A stretch of DNA of 63,945 nt, filler included, from Caldilineae bacterium (GCA_037446815.1; 7 parts of 7 records of this genome joined end to end with filler, not necessarily neighbours in it), one strand, 5' to 3'. Counted from the first letter of the whole stretch, positions 30,966-40,861 are shown. The notes: generated by a model from the letters alone, not told the origin. A program made the numbers and translations.

Positions 30966-32120
30966 ATGTCCCTCTGGTACCAAGCCTTTGCCAGCGTGGT
31001 TATGCTCTACGTCCTGCTCACGGCGCTGTACAACCTGCGTTTCATGCCGCGCTTGCCGTCGGAGGCTCCCGTGCCCGCGAGCCTGCCGCTGGTGTCGGTG
31101 CTGGTGCCCGCGCGCAACGAGGAGCGCAACATCGGCGCGTGCCTGGAGTCCCTCATGGCGCAGGATTACCCCCGCATGGAGATTCTCGTGCTGGATGACG
31201 ACTCGTCCGATGCGACGGCGGCCCTGGTGGAGGCGATGGCGGAGCGAGACGGGCGCATACGCCTCTTGCGCGGGAAGCCGTTGCCGCTGGGCTGGCACGG
31301 CAAGGCGTGGGCGTGCCACCAGTTGGCGGAGGCGGCGCGGGGAGAGTGGCTCCTCTTCGCCGACGCCGACACGCGCCATCGCCCCAACTCGGTGTCGTCG
31401 GCCCTGGCGCTGGCCCATGCCCGCGACCTGGATTTATTGAGCCTCATCCCCGATATGGGGCTCAAGGGGTTCTGGGAGCGGGTGATGATGTCGGTGATTC
31501 CGCTGGTGTTCGTGGGGTGCGTGCCGCATTTCGCCTTCACCCGCACGCGCTGGCCGGTGCTGGCGGGGGCCATTGGGCCGTTCATGCTGTTCCGCCGCGA
31601 GACCTACGAGCGATTCGGCGGGCATGAGGCCGTGCGCAGCGACATCGTGGAAGATGTGTTCATCGCGCGGTGGGTGAAGCGCGTGGGCGGGCGCATCGCC
31701 CTGGCCGACGGCGTGGATACGCTGCGCGTGGACTTCTACAGCGGGTTCCGCGAGACGTGGAACGGCCTGAGCAAGAGCACCTTCGCGGCGTTCAACTACT
31801 CGCTGCCTGGGATACTGGCGGCCATCTCGGCGTTCGTCGTGCTGTTTCTGGGGCCGTACGCGGTGCTGTACCACGCGTGGCGCGCCGGGCTTTCAGATTT
31901 GGCCCATTTCTCCCTGCCGCTGACGCAGATTATCCTGGCCTGGGTCGCCATGTGGTTCATAGACGGGCGGTTCGCCATTCCCCGCCGCTACGCCATGCTC
32001 ATCGGCCTGACCATCCTCATGGCCGCGCTCTTCTGCTTCAACTCCGTCGCGTCGTCGCTGTTCGGCGCGGGCACCGTCTGGAAGGGGCGGGCGTACCAGT
32101 TCAGGCATCGGTCTGGATGA
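30966..32120 (+). CDS. GT2 glycosyltransferase (CruC/CrtQ-like)
   Basis: VPARNEE, LDDDSSD, GWHGKAWAC, FADAD, VED, C-terminal WKGR. Confidence 0.85.
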   Translation: MSLWYQAFASVVMLYVLLTALYNLRFMPRLPSEAPVPASLPLVSVLVPARNEERNIGACLESLMAQDYPRMEILVLDDDSSDATAALVEAMAERDGRIRLLRGKPLPLGWHGKAWACHQLAEAARGEWLLFADADTRHRPNSVSSALALAHARDLDLLSLIPDMGLKGFWERVMMSVIPLVFVGCVPHFAFTRTRWPVLAGAIGPFMLFRRETYERFGGHEAVRSDIVEDVFIARWVKRVGGRIALADGVDTLRVDFYSGFRETWNGLSKSTFAAFNYSLPGILAAISAFVVLFLGPYAVLYHAWRAGLSDLAHFSLPLTQIILAWVAMWFIDGRFAIPRRYAMLIGLTILMAALFCFNSVASSLFGAGTVWKGRAYQFRHRSG

Positions 32121-33078
32121 GGCGCGGCGACGGCCCAGGCCCGCATGGAATCACCCGCTGCACAAAGGGGAGCGACCGGAGCCGTTCGGCGACATGCGGG
32201 AGGGCATCCGGCAGCGTGAGGATGTGCACGTTGGGCCCCGCGTCTATGGTGAAGTAGCACGGCAATCCCTCGGCGCGCCACCGCCAGATGTGGTGGATGA
32301 GTTCCACCGTCGCGGGCTGCCAGTAGAGCAGGGGCGGGACAGAGGTTACCACAATCGCGTGCATGGAGAGGGCGTCGGCCTCGGCTAGGACGCCCAGCGC
32401 GTGGAAGTCGCGCTCCAGGATGGCGCGGCGGACGGCGGGCAGGGTCGTTTCCACGTGGCGAAGGCGCGCCTGAAACAGGGGACTGGATGCGGCTCGCTCA
32501 TGCCCCTTGGCGGAAGGGACGGCTTTCGCCTCGGCGCTGACCACCGCCACCAGGTCGCGCACGTCCCAGTGTTCCGGCGGCGCGATTTGCACCGCATACG
32601 AGTCCTCGTGCCCCGTTCCGCTGAGCCATTCGGCCCAGCCGCCGATGACCGAGCGACAGGCCGATCCGGAGCCGAGCCGCGCCAGGGCGCTGAGTTCGCG
32701 CTCCGACAGGCGAAGGCCCAGGGCGGCGGCTGCGGCAACGGTGAGGGCCGCGAAGCCCGACGCCGACGATGCGATGCCGGCCCCTTCGGGGAAGGTGTTG
32801 GCAGTCTCCACCAGCGCAGGGACCCGCACGCCGGCGAGCGCGCGCAATCGGTCCAGGTGCGCTGAGACGCGCGCCAGCGCCGCGCCGCCGGTCTCGCGGC
32901 CGTTCAGGATGAGCGCGTCGGCCCCGTAGGCGGGGTCAAACCGCACCGTCGTGGTCGTCCGCGCCGCGTCCAGGGTGAGCGAGATGCTGTTGTTGGCGGG
33001 CAGGTTCAGCGCGGGGTCGCGTGCGCCCCAGTATTTGACGATGGCGATGTTGGCGCCCGCCGTCGCGGTGGCCTTCAT
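32101..33078 (-). CDS. mvaD: (Di)phosphomevalonate decarboxylase (GHMP family)
   Basis: NIAIVKYWG, NSISLTL, GIASSASGFAAL, RLGSGSACRS, DAGPNVH. Confidence 0.9.
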   Translation of the reverse strand: MKATATAGANIAIVKYWGARDPALNLPANNSISLTLDAARTTTTVRFDPAYGADALILNGRETGGAALARVSAHLDRLRALAGVRVPALVETANTFPEGAGIASSASGFAALTVAAAAALGLRLSERELSALARLGSGSACRSVIGGWAEWLSGTGHEDSYAVQIAPPEHWDVRDLVAVVSAEAKAVPSAKGHERAASSPLFQARLRHVETTLPAVRRAILERDFHALGVLAEADALSMHAIVVTSVPPLLYWQPATVELIHHIWRWRAEGLPCYFTIDAGPNVHILTLPDALPHVAERLRSLPFVQRVIPCGPGPSPRLIQTDA

Positions 33079-33177
33079 GGCATCCCTCCGCGCGTATTGT
33101 ACGAGGGTTGTGGCGCGACGCCAACTGGCGTGGTGGCGCATTCGTCGCCGTATCGTGCGCGGCGGGCGCGTGGCATT

Positions 33178-33241
33178 CGTAGGGGCGCTATTGAATCGGG
33201 GCACAATTACGTAGCGGCGCTATTCAATCGCGCTCCTACGG
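33178..33241. repeat. GTAG-type REP palindrome pair
   Basis: GTAGGGGCGCTATTGAATCG...GTAGCGGCGCTATTCAATCGCGCTCCTAC. Confidence 0.6.
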
Positions 33242-33243
33242 CC

Positions 33244-33738
33244 CTAATGCACGCCGAAACCGGCAGGATTGGCGTGGGCGTACCAGAAGTGCCCATCTGG
33301 CGAGGTCCCGTGGTCAAAGATCACCTCAAACTGGCCCCAGATGGGATAGCCGCCATCCCTCCAGTATGGGCTGTTCTCCAATTCGGAGCCGACCCAGATG
33401 ATCTTGTAGTGCCAGACCTCCCCACTGCCGCCCGGGACGCGGCCATTCCACTCGTTGGTGGTCCAGGCGTCTGGTCCCCAAGGCGCGCCGTGGAACCGGG
33501 CGTCATCCCAGGCTTTGGACCATTTCATCACCAGATGATCAGCGGCGTAGGTGGGGTCGCCCCAGACCTTGCCATCCAGAATGCGGTCCACGCCGTCGGC
33601 CGCGCCGACAAAAATGCGCGCTCCGTAGTTGTAGCCGAACTCGTCAAAGCCCGCGCCTGCGGGCGGTTTGGCGGCGACACTCGCCGCGGGGATGAGCACC
33701 AGGGCAACCACGGCCAACACAATCAGCAGTCTCCTCAT
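33244..33738 (-). CDS. Secreted Trp-rich hypothetical protein
   Basis: Signal peptide MRRLLIVLAVVALVLIPAASVAA; AAGGAGG RBS. Confidence 0.8.
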   Translation of the reverse strand: MRRLLIVLAVVALVLIPAASVAAKPPAGAGFDEFGYNYGARIFVGAADGVDRILDGKVWGDPTYAADHLVMKWSKAWDDARFHGAPWGPDAWTTNEWNGRVPGGSGEVWHYKIIWVGSELENSPYWRDGGYPIWGQFEVIFDHGTSPDGHFWYAHANPAGFGVH

Positions 33739-34109
33739 GGCAATGCCTCCTTAATCGTAGATGGGCTTTTCACAGCAGGAGATTACGCAGCAGTAGATGG
33801 GCGAAGCGTTGACACACCACCTCCTTCCCACAGTCCAATGGCCGGCGGCCCGGCGACGTCCGTTGAGATAGACCCACGGGCTGCCCTATGTTCAGGCAGC
33901 ACCGACCGGGGATGGGTGGCGGCAGCGGGCAGGACACGGTCTCGCCCGCATGTCTATTATACACAAGAATCGCCGAAATGTCGGTTAGAACTTGGTTTGA
34001 ATTGACGGCCTGATGCGCATTTCCGGCATTCTTCGGCGGCGCAACGTCTCGCCCCCTTCGCGGTTTTCATGGTAGAATACGTTGCGCGGCGGACACTCAA
34101 GGAGGCACC

Positions 34110-34928
34110 ATGAGCACACCGGTCTGGTTTGTGAAACTGCTGCAGAAGGTCTACCCGGCGCGGTTTGCCCTGGCCAAGGCGACCCATATTCGCCCCATCG
34201 GTCGGATCACCGATCGCCTGCTATTCCACGGCGACGACATCGTGTACCTGCCCAAGGACCGCGTCGTGCTGGAAGTCAACGCCCCGCTGGAGTCGCCCGA
34301 CAGCGTGGTGCTGCCGTCGCAGGTGGTGGACCACTTCATCCGCCAGGCGCGCGTCCACTGGATTATGAACTTCTGCATCTGCCGCGTGTCGGAGAAGTGC
34401 AAGGATTACCCCATAGAGTACGGCTGCCTGTTCCTGGGAGAGGCGGCGCTGGGCATCAACCCGAAATTGGGCCGCCGCGTGTCGCAGGACGAGGCGCTGG
34501 ACTACGTGCGCCGCTGTCGCGAGGCCGGCCTGGTGCACCTTATCGGGCGCAACAAACTGGACACGGTCTGGCTGAACATCGGCCCCGGGAGCAAACTGCT
34601 CACCATTTGCAACTGCTGCCCATGCTGTTGCCTATGGCGCATCCTGCCGCACCTCACGCCCGAAATTGGCAACAAGGTTGTGCGCATGCCCGGGGTGCAG
34701 GTGGCTGTGTCCGACCGCTGCGTGGGGTGCGGCGCGTGCGCCGAGGGGGTGTGCTTCGTGGACGCCATCCGCATGGTGGACGGGCGCGCGGTCATCGGCG
34801 TGGGGTGTCGCGGGTGCGGGCGCTGCGTGGAAGTGTGCCCCGCGCAGGCCATTGACCTGACCATCACCGACCCCACGTTTGTGCAGCAGGCCATCCAACG
34901 CATCACGCCGCTGGTGGATTTGTCGTAG
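34110..34928 (+). CDS. 4Fe-4S binding protein
   Basis: CICR, ICNCCPCCC, two C-terminal CxxCxxC ferredoxin motifs. Confidence 0.85.
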   Translation: MSTPVWFVKLLQKVYPARFALAKATHIRPIGRITDRLLFHGDDIVYLPKDRVVLEVNAPLESPDSVVLPSQVVDHFIRQARVHWIMNFCICRVSEKCKDYPIEYGCLFLGEAALGINPKLGRRVSQDEALDYVRRCREAGLVHLIGRNKLDTVWLNIGPGSKLLTICNCCPCCCLWRILPHLTPEIGNKVVRMPGVQVAVSDRCVGCGACAEGVCFVDAIRMVDGRAVIGVGCRGCGRCVEVCPAQAIDLTITDPTFVQQAIQRITPLVDLS

Positions 34929-35010
34929 GCTGCCGCCCGATATGACGCACGTCATGGCGCGCGGGGATGTCCAGTGGTATCCTTGAAACGCAAGCACTTG
35001 GAGCGCGCAT

Positions 35011-35232
35011 ATGGTTGAGCATACCGCAATCACCGAAACGACGTGCGTGGAGGACATGACGCAGGCGTACCCAGAGACGGCAGTCCTGCTGTTGAGGAAG
35101 GGCGTGCAATGCGTGGGGTGCTGGATCTCCCGCTATCACACCGTGGCCGACGTGGCGCACGAGTGGCACCTGGACCTCCCTCGCCTGCTCCGCGAGTTGA
35201 ACGAACTGGTGGACGAGGCGCAGGGGGAGTAG
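35011..35232 (+). CDS. DUF1858-like small CxxC protein
   Basis: YPETAVLL...CVGC...TVADVA...LLRELN pattern. Confidence 0.65.
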   Translation: MVEHTAITETTCVEDMTQAYPETAVLLLRKGVQCVGCWISRYHTVADVAHEWHLDLPRLLRELNELVDEAQGE

Positions 35233-35467
35233 CCGCCCGTTGTCGTTGCACCCCATAATGAACGCGAATCTACGCGAACGGAGAGACAGTATCCGCGGAT
35301 TGCGCGGATTGCGCGGACGTGGGATAGACCCCGATGTAGGGCGAGCGGCCGGTCGCCCCTACATATGTGCCCGCTGTCAACCCGCCCATTGACACGCCCG
35401 CACCCTTGCGCTACAATGGGCTAGGCACCGGAAATACGGGATTCCCCAATCCCCATAGGAGGCAACC

Positions 35468-36523
35468 ATGGACGAGGACCTGTACGCACGCCTGGCCGAC
35501 GCCCTGAACCGCCTGCCCAACGGCTTCCCCCGGACTGCCACCGGCGTGGAATTGCGCATCCTGCAGAAGATCTTCTCGCCCGAAGAGGCCGCCCTGGCCG
35601 TGCAACTGCGCGGCGAGATGGAGCCGCTGGACTCCATCGCGGCGCGGCTGGGCATGGCGGAAGACGAGGCCCTTGCCCGGCTGAAGGCGATGGCGCGGCG
35701 CGGGCTGGTGTGGGGCGACAAGCACGAGGGCAAGCGCCGCTACCGATTGGCCCCCTTCGTCGTGGGCATCTACGAGGGGCATCTGGAGGAGATGGACCAT
35801 GAGTTCGCCCACCTGTTTGAGGAGTACATGGCGGCGGGTGGCACGGCGGGCATCATGGGGCTCCAGCCGGCGCTGCACCGCGTGGTACCGGCGCGCGGAA
35901 CGACCAAGACCGAGTGGATTCTGCCCTATGACGACGTGAAGGCGCTCCTGATGGGCGGCAAGACGTTTCGCGTGCGCGACTGCATCTGCCGCGTCCAGCA
36001 GAAACTCATCGGCAAGGGGTGCGACAAGCCGCTGCATACGTGCCTGGCGTTCTACGACATTCCCCTGCCGCCCTCGCCCGACGATGTTACCCTGGACGGG
36101 GCGCTGGCCCTGCTGGACATGGCCGAGGAGGCGGCGCTGGTGCACACGGTGAGCAACGTGGCGAAGGGCGTCAACTACGTATGCAACTGCTGCGGGTGCT
36201 GCTGCGGCATCCTGCGGGGCATCACGGAGTACGGCCTGGCCGATTCGGTGGCCGCCGCCAACTACTACGCGGTGGTGGACGAGGCGGCCTGCACCGGCTG
36301 CGGCATCTGCGAGAGCCGCTGCCAGGTGGGGGCCATCGCCGTGGGGGGCGGAGGGGTGGCCGTTGTGGAGCGGGCGCGGTGCATCGGGTGCGGGCTATGC
36401 GCCAGCGGCTGCCCCGAGGAGGCCGTCGCCCTGCACCTCAAGCCGGAGTCGGAGATCGTGCACCCGCCGGAGGATTTCGCCGCGTGGGAACGCGCACGGC
36501 TCCGCAATCGCGGGATGTTGTAG
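35468..36523 (+). CDS. 4Fe-4S binding protein with N-terminal wHTH-like domain
   Basis: RILQKIFSPEEA, CICR, VCNCCGCCC, two ferredoxin motifs. Confidence 0.85.
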   Translation: MDEDLYARLADALNRLPNGFPRTATGVELRILQKIFSPEEAALAVQLRGEMEPLDSIAARLGMAEDEALARLKAMARRGLVWGDKHEGKRRYRLAPFVVGIYEGHLEEMDHEFAHLFEEYMAAGGTAGIMGLQPALHRVVPARGTTKTEWILPYDDVKALLMGGKTFRVRDCICRVQQKLIGKGCDKPLHTCLAFYDIPLPPSPDDVTLDGALALLDMAEEAALVHTVSNVAKGVNYVCNCCGCCCGILRGITEYGLADSVAAANYYAVVDEAACTGCGICESRCQVGAIAVGGGGVAVVERARCIGCGLCASGCPEEAVALHLKPESEIVHPPEDFAAWERARLRNRGML

Positions 36524-36640
36524 GGCGCGCCTGCGAAGCGTTTGCCATCGCCGTGAGCACATAGGACTGAACGGGAAGCCACAGGCTGGATCCTGCGAGT
36601 GCCCCATCGTGCAGAACTCATGCGCACAGGAGGTTTGCCC

Positions 36641-38104
36641 ATGAACACGAATCCCTACCGCCTGCCCGAGAAGGGCATTCCCAAAGATGAAGTCCTCGCC
36701 GCCATGCGGGCGCTGCGCGAGAAGGACGTGAAATGGCAGGAGGGGCGCCTGTTCAGCCTCATCTATTACGCGGGCGAAGACATCACCGACATGCTGAAAG
36801 AGGCGGCCATGCTGTTCTTCTCCGAGAATGGCCTCAACCCGTCGGTTTTCCCCAGCCTGCGGCAGATGGAGGCCGAGGTGGTCGCCATGAGCGCTGACCT
36901 ACTGGGGGGCGGCCCGGAGGCCGTGGGGAACATGACGTCCGGTGGCACCGAGAGCATTCTCCTGGCTGTGAAGACGGCGCGGGAATGGGCGCGGGCCCAT
37001 CGCCCCGACATCCGCGAGCCGGAGATGGTCCTGCCGCTGACGGCGCACCCGGCCTTTGAGAAGGCGGCCCACTACTTTGACGTGAAGCCGGTGCGGACGG
37101 CCATCGGCCCGGATTTTCGCGCGGACCCCGAGGCGGCGCGCGCGGCCATCACCCCCCGCACGATTCTGATGGTCGGCTCGGCGCCGTGCTACCCCTTCGG
37201 CGTGGTGGACCCCATTGCGGAGTTGGCCGCCATCGCCCAGGAGCGCGGCATCCTGTTTCACGTGGATGCCTGCGTGGGCGGGTTCATGCTGCCCTTCGTG
37301 CGCAGGTTGGGCTACCCTGTTCCCGACTTTGACTTTCGCGTGCCGGGCGTTACGTCCATCTCGGCCGACTTGCACAAGTACGGCTATTGCGTCAAGGGGG
37401 CATCGGTGATTCTGTACCGCGATGCCGCGCTGCGCCGCCATCAGTTTTTCGCCTACACCGACTGGCCGGGGGGCATCTACGCCTCGCCGACGATGGCAGG
37501 GACGCGCCCGTCGGGGCCCATCGCGGCGGCGTGGGCCATCCTGCACTACCTGGGCGAGGAGGGATACACAGCGCTGGCGGCCCTGGTGATGGATACGGTG
37601 GGAAAAATCCGCGCGGGCGTGGAGGCGATTCCGGGCCTGCGCGTGCTGGGCAACCCGCACATGAGCATCATGGCGCTGGCGTCGGACACGCTGAACGTGT
37701 ACGAGGTGGGCGACGAGATGGCCCTGCGCGGGTGGCACCTGGATCGCCAGCAGTTCCCGCCCAGTCTGCACGTTACGGTGATGCCGGTGCACGCGGAGGT
37801 GGCCGATACGTTTCTGCGCGATTTGGCCGAGGCGGCCGATGCGGCGCGACGGGTAACGCCGGCGAAGGTGCGCGACCGGCTGCTGGTGGGGCTGGCAAAC
37901 GCGGCGGCGCGGGCGCTGCCCGAGGCGTGGGTGAGCCGCCTCATGGCAGGGGCGTCGGCGCTGCTGGGCAAGAGCGCCGGGTCGGCGTCGGGGCGCTCGG
38001 CGGCGATGTATGGGATGATGGGCACGCTGCCCAATCGCGGCGACCTGCACGAGTTGGTGCTGGACGTGCTGGACGGCCTCACCCGCGCGGGGAACCGTGA
38101 ATGA
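36641..38104 (+). CDS. Sphingosine-1-phosphate lyase-like PLP enzyme (fold type I, group II decarboxylase family)
   Basis: NGLNPSVFP, TSGGTESILLA, HVDAC, SADLHKYGY (PLP Lys), YASPTMAGTR, C-terminal AAMYGM. Confidence 0.85.
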   Translation: MNTNPYRLPEKGIPKDEVLAAMRALREKDVKWQEGRLFSLIYYAGEDITDMLKEAAMLFFSENGLNPSVFPSLRQMEAEVVAMSADLLGGGPEAVGNMTSGGTESILLAVKTAREWARAHRPDIREPEMVLPLTAHPAFEKAAHYFDVKPVRTAIGPDFRADPEAARAAITPRTILMVGSAPCYPFGVVDPIAELAAIAQERGILFHVDACVGGFMLPFVRRLGYPVPDFDFRVPGVTSISADLHKYGYCVKGASVILYRDAALRRHQFFAYTDWPGGIYASPTMAGTRPSGPIAAAWAILHYLGEEGYTALAALVMDTVGKIRAGVEAIPGLRVLGNPHMSIMALASDTLNVYEVGDEMALRGWHLDRQQFPPSLHVTVMPVHAEVADTFLRDLAEAADAARRVTPAKVRDRLLVGLANAAARALPEAWVSRLMAGASALLGKSAGSASGRSAAMYGMMGTLPNRGDLHELVLDVLDGLTRAGNRE

Positions 38105-38109
38105 CCGTT

Positions 38110-38230
38110 GGTATCCACGGATTGCACAGATTGCACGGATGAGGCGGATGGACAAGAGAATCATTCGTGATTATCCGTGCTATCTGCGCTATCCGTGGAT
38201 GAACTGCGTGGATTCGCGTTATTCGCGGTT
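38110..38230. repeat. Degenerate 9-nt-period repeats in inverted arrangement
   Basis: ATCCACGGATTGCACAGATTGCACGGAT ... ATCCGTGCTATCTGCGCTATCCGTGGAT; related to 35291-35317, 49323-49341 and 49529-49553. Confidence 0.6.
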
Positions 38231-38262
38231 ATTGTACCTAATTGTACCTAAAGGAGGCGGAG

Positions 38263-39696
38263 ATGACGACGGCACAGGAGAGGCCGCTGGGGCGGCTGGT
38301 GAAACTGGTCTACGGCTCGGGCGAGTGGAGTTACGCATCCTTCGGCACATTGCGGCAGATTTTCTACGCCATCTTCCTCACCGACGTGGTGGGGCTGGAC
38401 GCGCGGCTGGCGTCCTTCGCGGCGCTCATTGGCATCATCTGGGATGCCGTGAACGACCCGCTGGTGGGCGTGCTGACAGACCGGGCGCGCACCCGGTGGG
38501 GGCGGCGCAGGCCATTCCTGCTGTGGTTCGCCATCCCGTTCGGGCTGGGATTCCTGGCCCTGTGGTGGGCGCCGCCGTGGGAGAGCCAGGCCGCCCTGTT
38601 CCTGACGTGCATGTTGGCCTATATGCTCAGCGACACGTTCCAGACGCTGGTGTCGGTGCCGTATGCGGCGCTGACGCCGGAGATCGCGCCGGACTACGAT
38701 GAGCGCACCAGCGTTACGGGCTATCGCATGTTTTTCAACCTGCTGGCGTCGCTGGTAACGGCGGTGGCCGCGCCGATGGTGGTGAAGAGCACGCTGGCGG
38801 CGGGGGGCACGCTGCAGCAGGGATACATCACCGTGGCGGCGATGTTCGGCGGGCTGGCCGTCATCCCCTGGCTGCTCATCTTCGCCGTCGTCCGCGAGCG
38901 TCCGCGAACCGCCGCCCAGATGGCCGAGCCGATTTCCTTCGGCGAGTCGGTGCGGTCGGCCTGGGCCAATATCCCCTTCCGCTTCGCCACCGGCATCTAC
39001 ATGCTCAACTGGATTACCTTTGACCTGGTGGCGCTGATGTTGCCCTATTTCCTCACCTACTGGGTGTCGCAGGGCAACCTGGTGGCGTCGCTGAACGTGC
39101 TGGGCGACACGATGGCCATTGAGTCGGTGGTGCTGGGCCTGCTGCTCATCACGGCGGTGGTGTCGCTGCCGTTCTGGACGTGGCTGGCGCGGAGGTTGTC
39201 CAAGCGCACGGCCTATATCATCGCCATGGCGTTCTGGGCGGTGGTGCAGTTGGTTACGCTGCTGGTACGCCCGTTCCAGACCGGGTTTGTGCTGGCGCTG
39301 GCGGTGATGGCGGGCATCAGCGTGGGGACGGCGCACGTGTTGCCCGACGCCATCTTCCCCGACGTGCTGGAATGGGATGAATTGCGCACCGGCAAGCGGC
39401 GCGAGGGGATTTACTACGGCATCAAGAACTTCGTGCGGAAACTGGCGGGCGCGGCGGCTATCTTCCTGGCGCTGCAGGTGCTGGGGTGGTTCGGGTATCA
39501 GAGCCCGCCCGAAGGGGTTACGCAGTTCGCGCAGTCGGCGTCGGCGCTGGGAGCCATTCGCTTCATGGTGGGGCCGATGGGTGCGATTCTGTTGTGCGCG
39601 GCCATTGCGGTAACGTGGTTCTACCCCATCACGCGGGAGCGCCACGCGCGGATTCGCCGCCTGCTGGCCAAGCGCAAGGCGCGGCTGGAGGCATAG
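38263..39696 (+). CDS. MFS transporter, GPH/MelB (MFS_2) family
   Basis: WDAVNDPLVG, TRWGRRRPF, PELxxxYDERT-like motif, TGKRREGIY. Confidence 0.9.
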   Translation: MTTAQERPLGRLVKLVYGSGEWSYASFGTLRQIFYAIFLTDVVGLDARLASFAALIGIIWDAVNDPLVGVLTDRARTRWGRRRPFLLWFAIPFGLGFLALWWAPPWESQAALFLTCMLAYMLSDTFQTLVSVPYAALTPEIAPDYDERTSVTGYRMFFNLLASLVTAVAAPMVVKSTLAAGGTLQQGYITVAAMFGGLAVIPWLLIFAVVRERPRTAAQMAEPISFGESVRSAWANIPFRFATGIYMLNWITFDLVALMLPYFLTYWVSQGNLVASLNVLGDTMAIESVVLGLLLITAVVSLPFWTWLARRLSKRTAYIIAMAFWAVVQLVTLLVRPFQTGFVLALAVMAGISVGTAHVLPDAIFPDVLEWDELRTGKRREGIYYGIKNFVRKLAGAAAIFLALQVLGWFGYQSPPEGVTQFAQSASALGAIRFMVGPMGAILLCAAIAVTWFYPITRERHARIRRLLAKRKARLEA

Positions 39697-39761
39697 GGGG
39701 CGAAGGGCGCGCGAGGCGGGTCGGCTGCGGGGATGTAGAGCCTTGCCTCGCGCGCTACGTC

Positions 39762-39861
39762 NNNNNNNNNNNNNNNNNNNNNNNNNNNNNNNNNNNNNNN
39801 NNNNNTTAATTAATTAANNNNNNNNNNNNNNNNNNNNNNNNNNNNNNNNNNNNNNNNNNNN
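39762..39861. other. Artificial contig linker
   Basis: N / TTAATTAATTAA / N. Confidence 0.98.
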
Positions 39862-40183
39862 GAGAGGGCTGGGGTGAGGGGAAAGTCCCTCGTTCCCCCT
39901 CTCCGCTGGCGGAGAGGCACATGCGCGGAGGCGCGCGGTGTCGCCGGAGTCTAGAGCCTCGGGCTGAGCGCATGAAGCCTTGCGGGCTCGGCTCCCTCAG
40001 CGCGGGGGTTTAGCCCCGCGCGGTATGCGGCGCGGAGAGGGCTACGTGCGACCCACCTCGGAGGTACGTCGCATGTTGTACCCCGTCCGTCACTGCGGGC
40101 GAAGCGAATCAACCTTTCGGCTCAACAGGAGCCCATGAAGAGAGGAATGCTGTAGAATCGGCCCGACCGGCCGGGCGGCGCGC

Positions 40184-40861
40184 CTACTTCCCGTTGCGCC
40201 GCGTGTCCTCGCCGTTCCAGTCGGCCCCGATGAGGCCCATCTGCCGCGCCTGCTCCCACGTCAGGCCGCTGAAGACCTCGCTGCCCGTCTCCTCGGCCGC
40301 CTGCCACAGTTCCCGCTCCCAGTCGTCCAGGGCAGGCGCGGGGGCGGAAGCCGTCGCGGGCGCGGCCTCGGGGTGCGACGGTTCGCGGGCAGGGGTCTCA
40401 GGTGGTGCGGGCGGCTCCGGCGGCCTGGCCACTGCAACGACCGACTCCACCAGTTTCAGCAGTTCGGCGACGGCCTTCCGCGTCAGCACCCAAACCATGC
40501 CGATCTTGCCCGTCTGGGCCGTCTTGGAGAAGATGAGGGTGAGGAAAAGGTACTTGCCGATGTTGGCCGCGTACAGGTCATACCACACGCCATCGTGATA
40601 GTTCAGGTCAAAGGCCGCGCTATCGCCCAGGTACCAGCCGATTTCCGCCGCGGCGGCGAACCACTTGCCCACGAACAGGGCCAGCGTCTCCAGGTCAAAC
40701 CCCACGGTCATGCCCACGCGCGCCAGGATATTCCCTTCTCGGTCCGAGATGAAGGCGCACTCCGCACCGGCCTCGGCGTGCAGTTGCCGAAGCCGCTTCG
40801 TCAGCAGCGCAATCTGATCCACCGTGAGTGCCAGTTTCGGCTGTTCCTGCTCCTCAATCAC
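40184..40861 (-). CDS. Roadblock/LC7 (MglB-like) protein with Pro-rich tail
   Basis: AECAFISDREGNILA, YHDGxxYDLY, KIGMVW; GTG start after GGAGGG. Confidence 0.72.
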   Translation of the reverse strand: MIEEQEQPKLALTVDQIALLTKRLRQLHAEAGAECAFISDREGNILARVGMTVGFDLETLALFVGKWFAAAAEIGWYLGDSAAFDLNYHDGVWYDLYAANIGKYLFLTLIFSKTAQTGKIGMVWVLTRKAVAELLKLVESVVAVARPPEPPAPPETPAREPSHPEAAPATASAPAPALDDWERELWQAAEETGSEVFSGLTWEQARQMGLIGADWNGEDTRRNGK

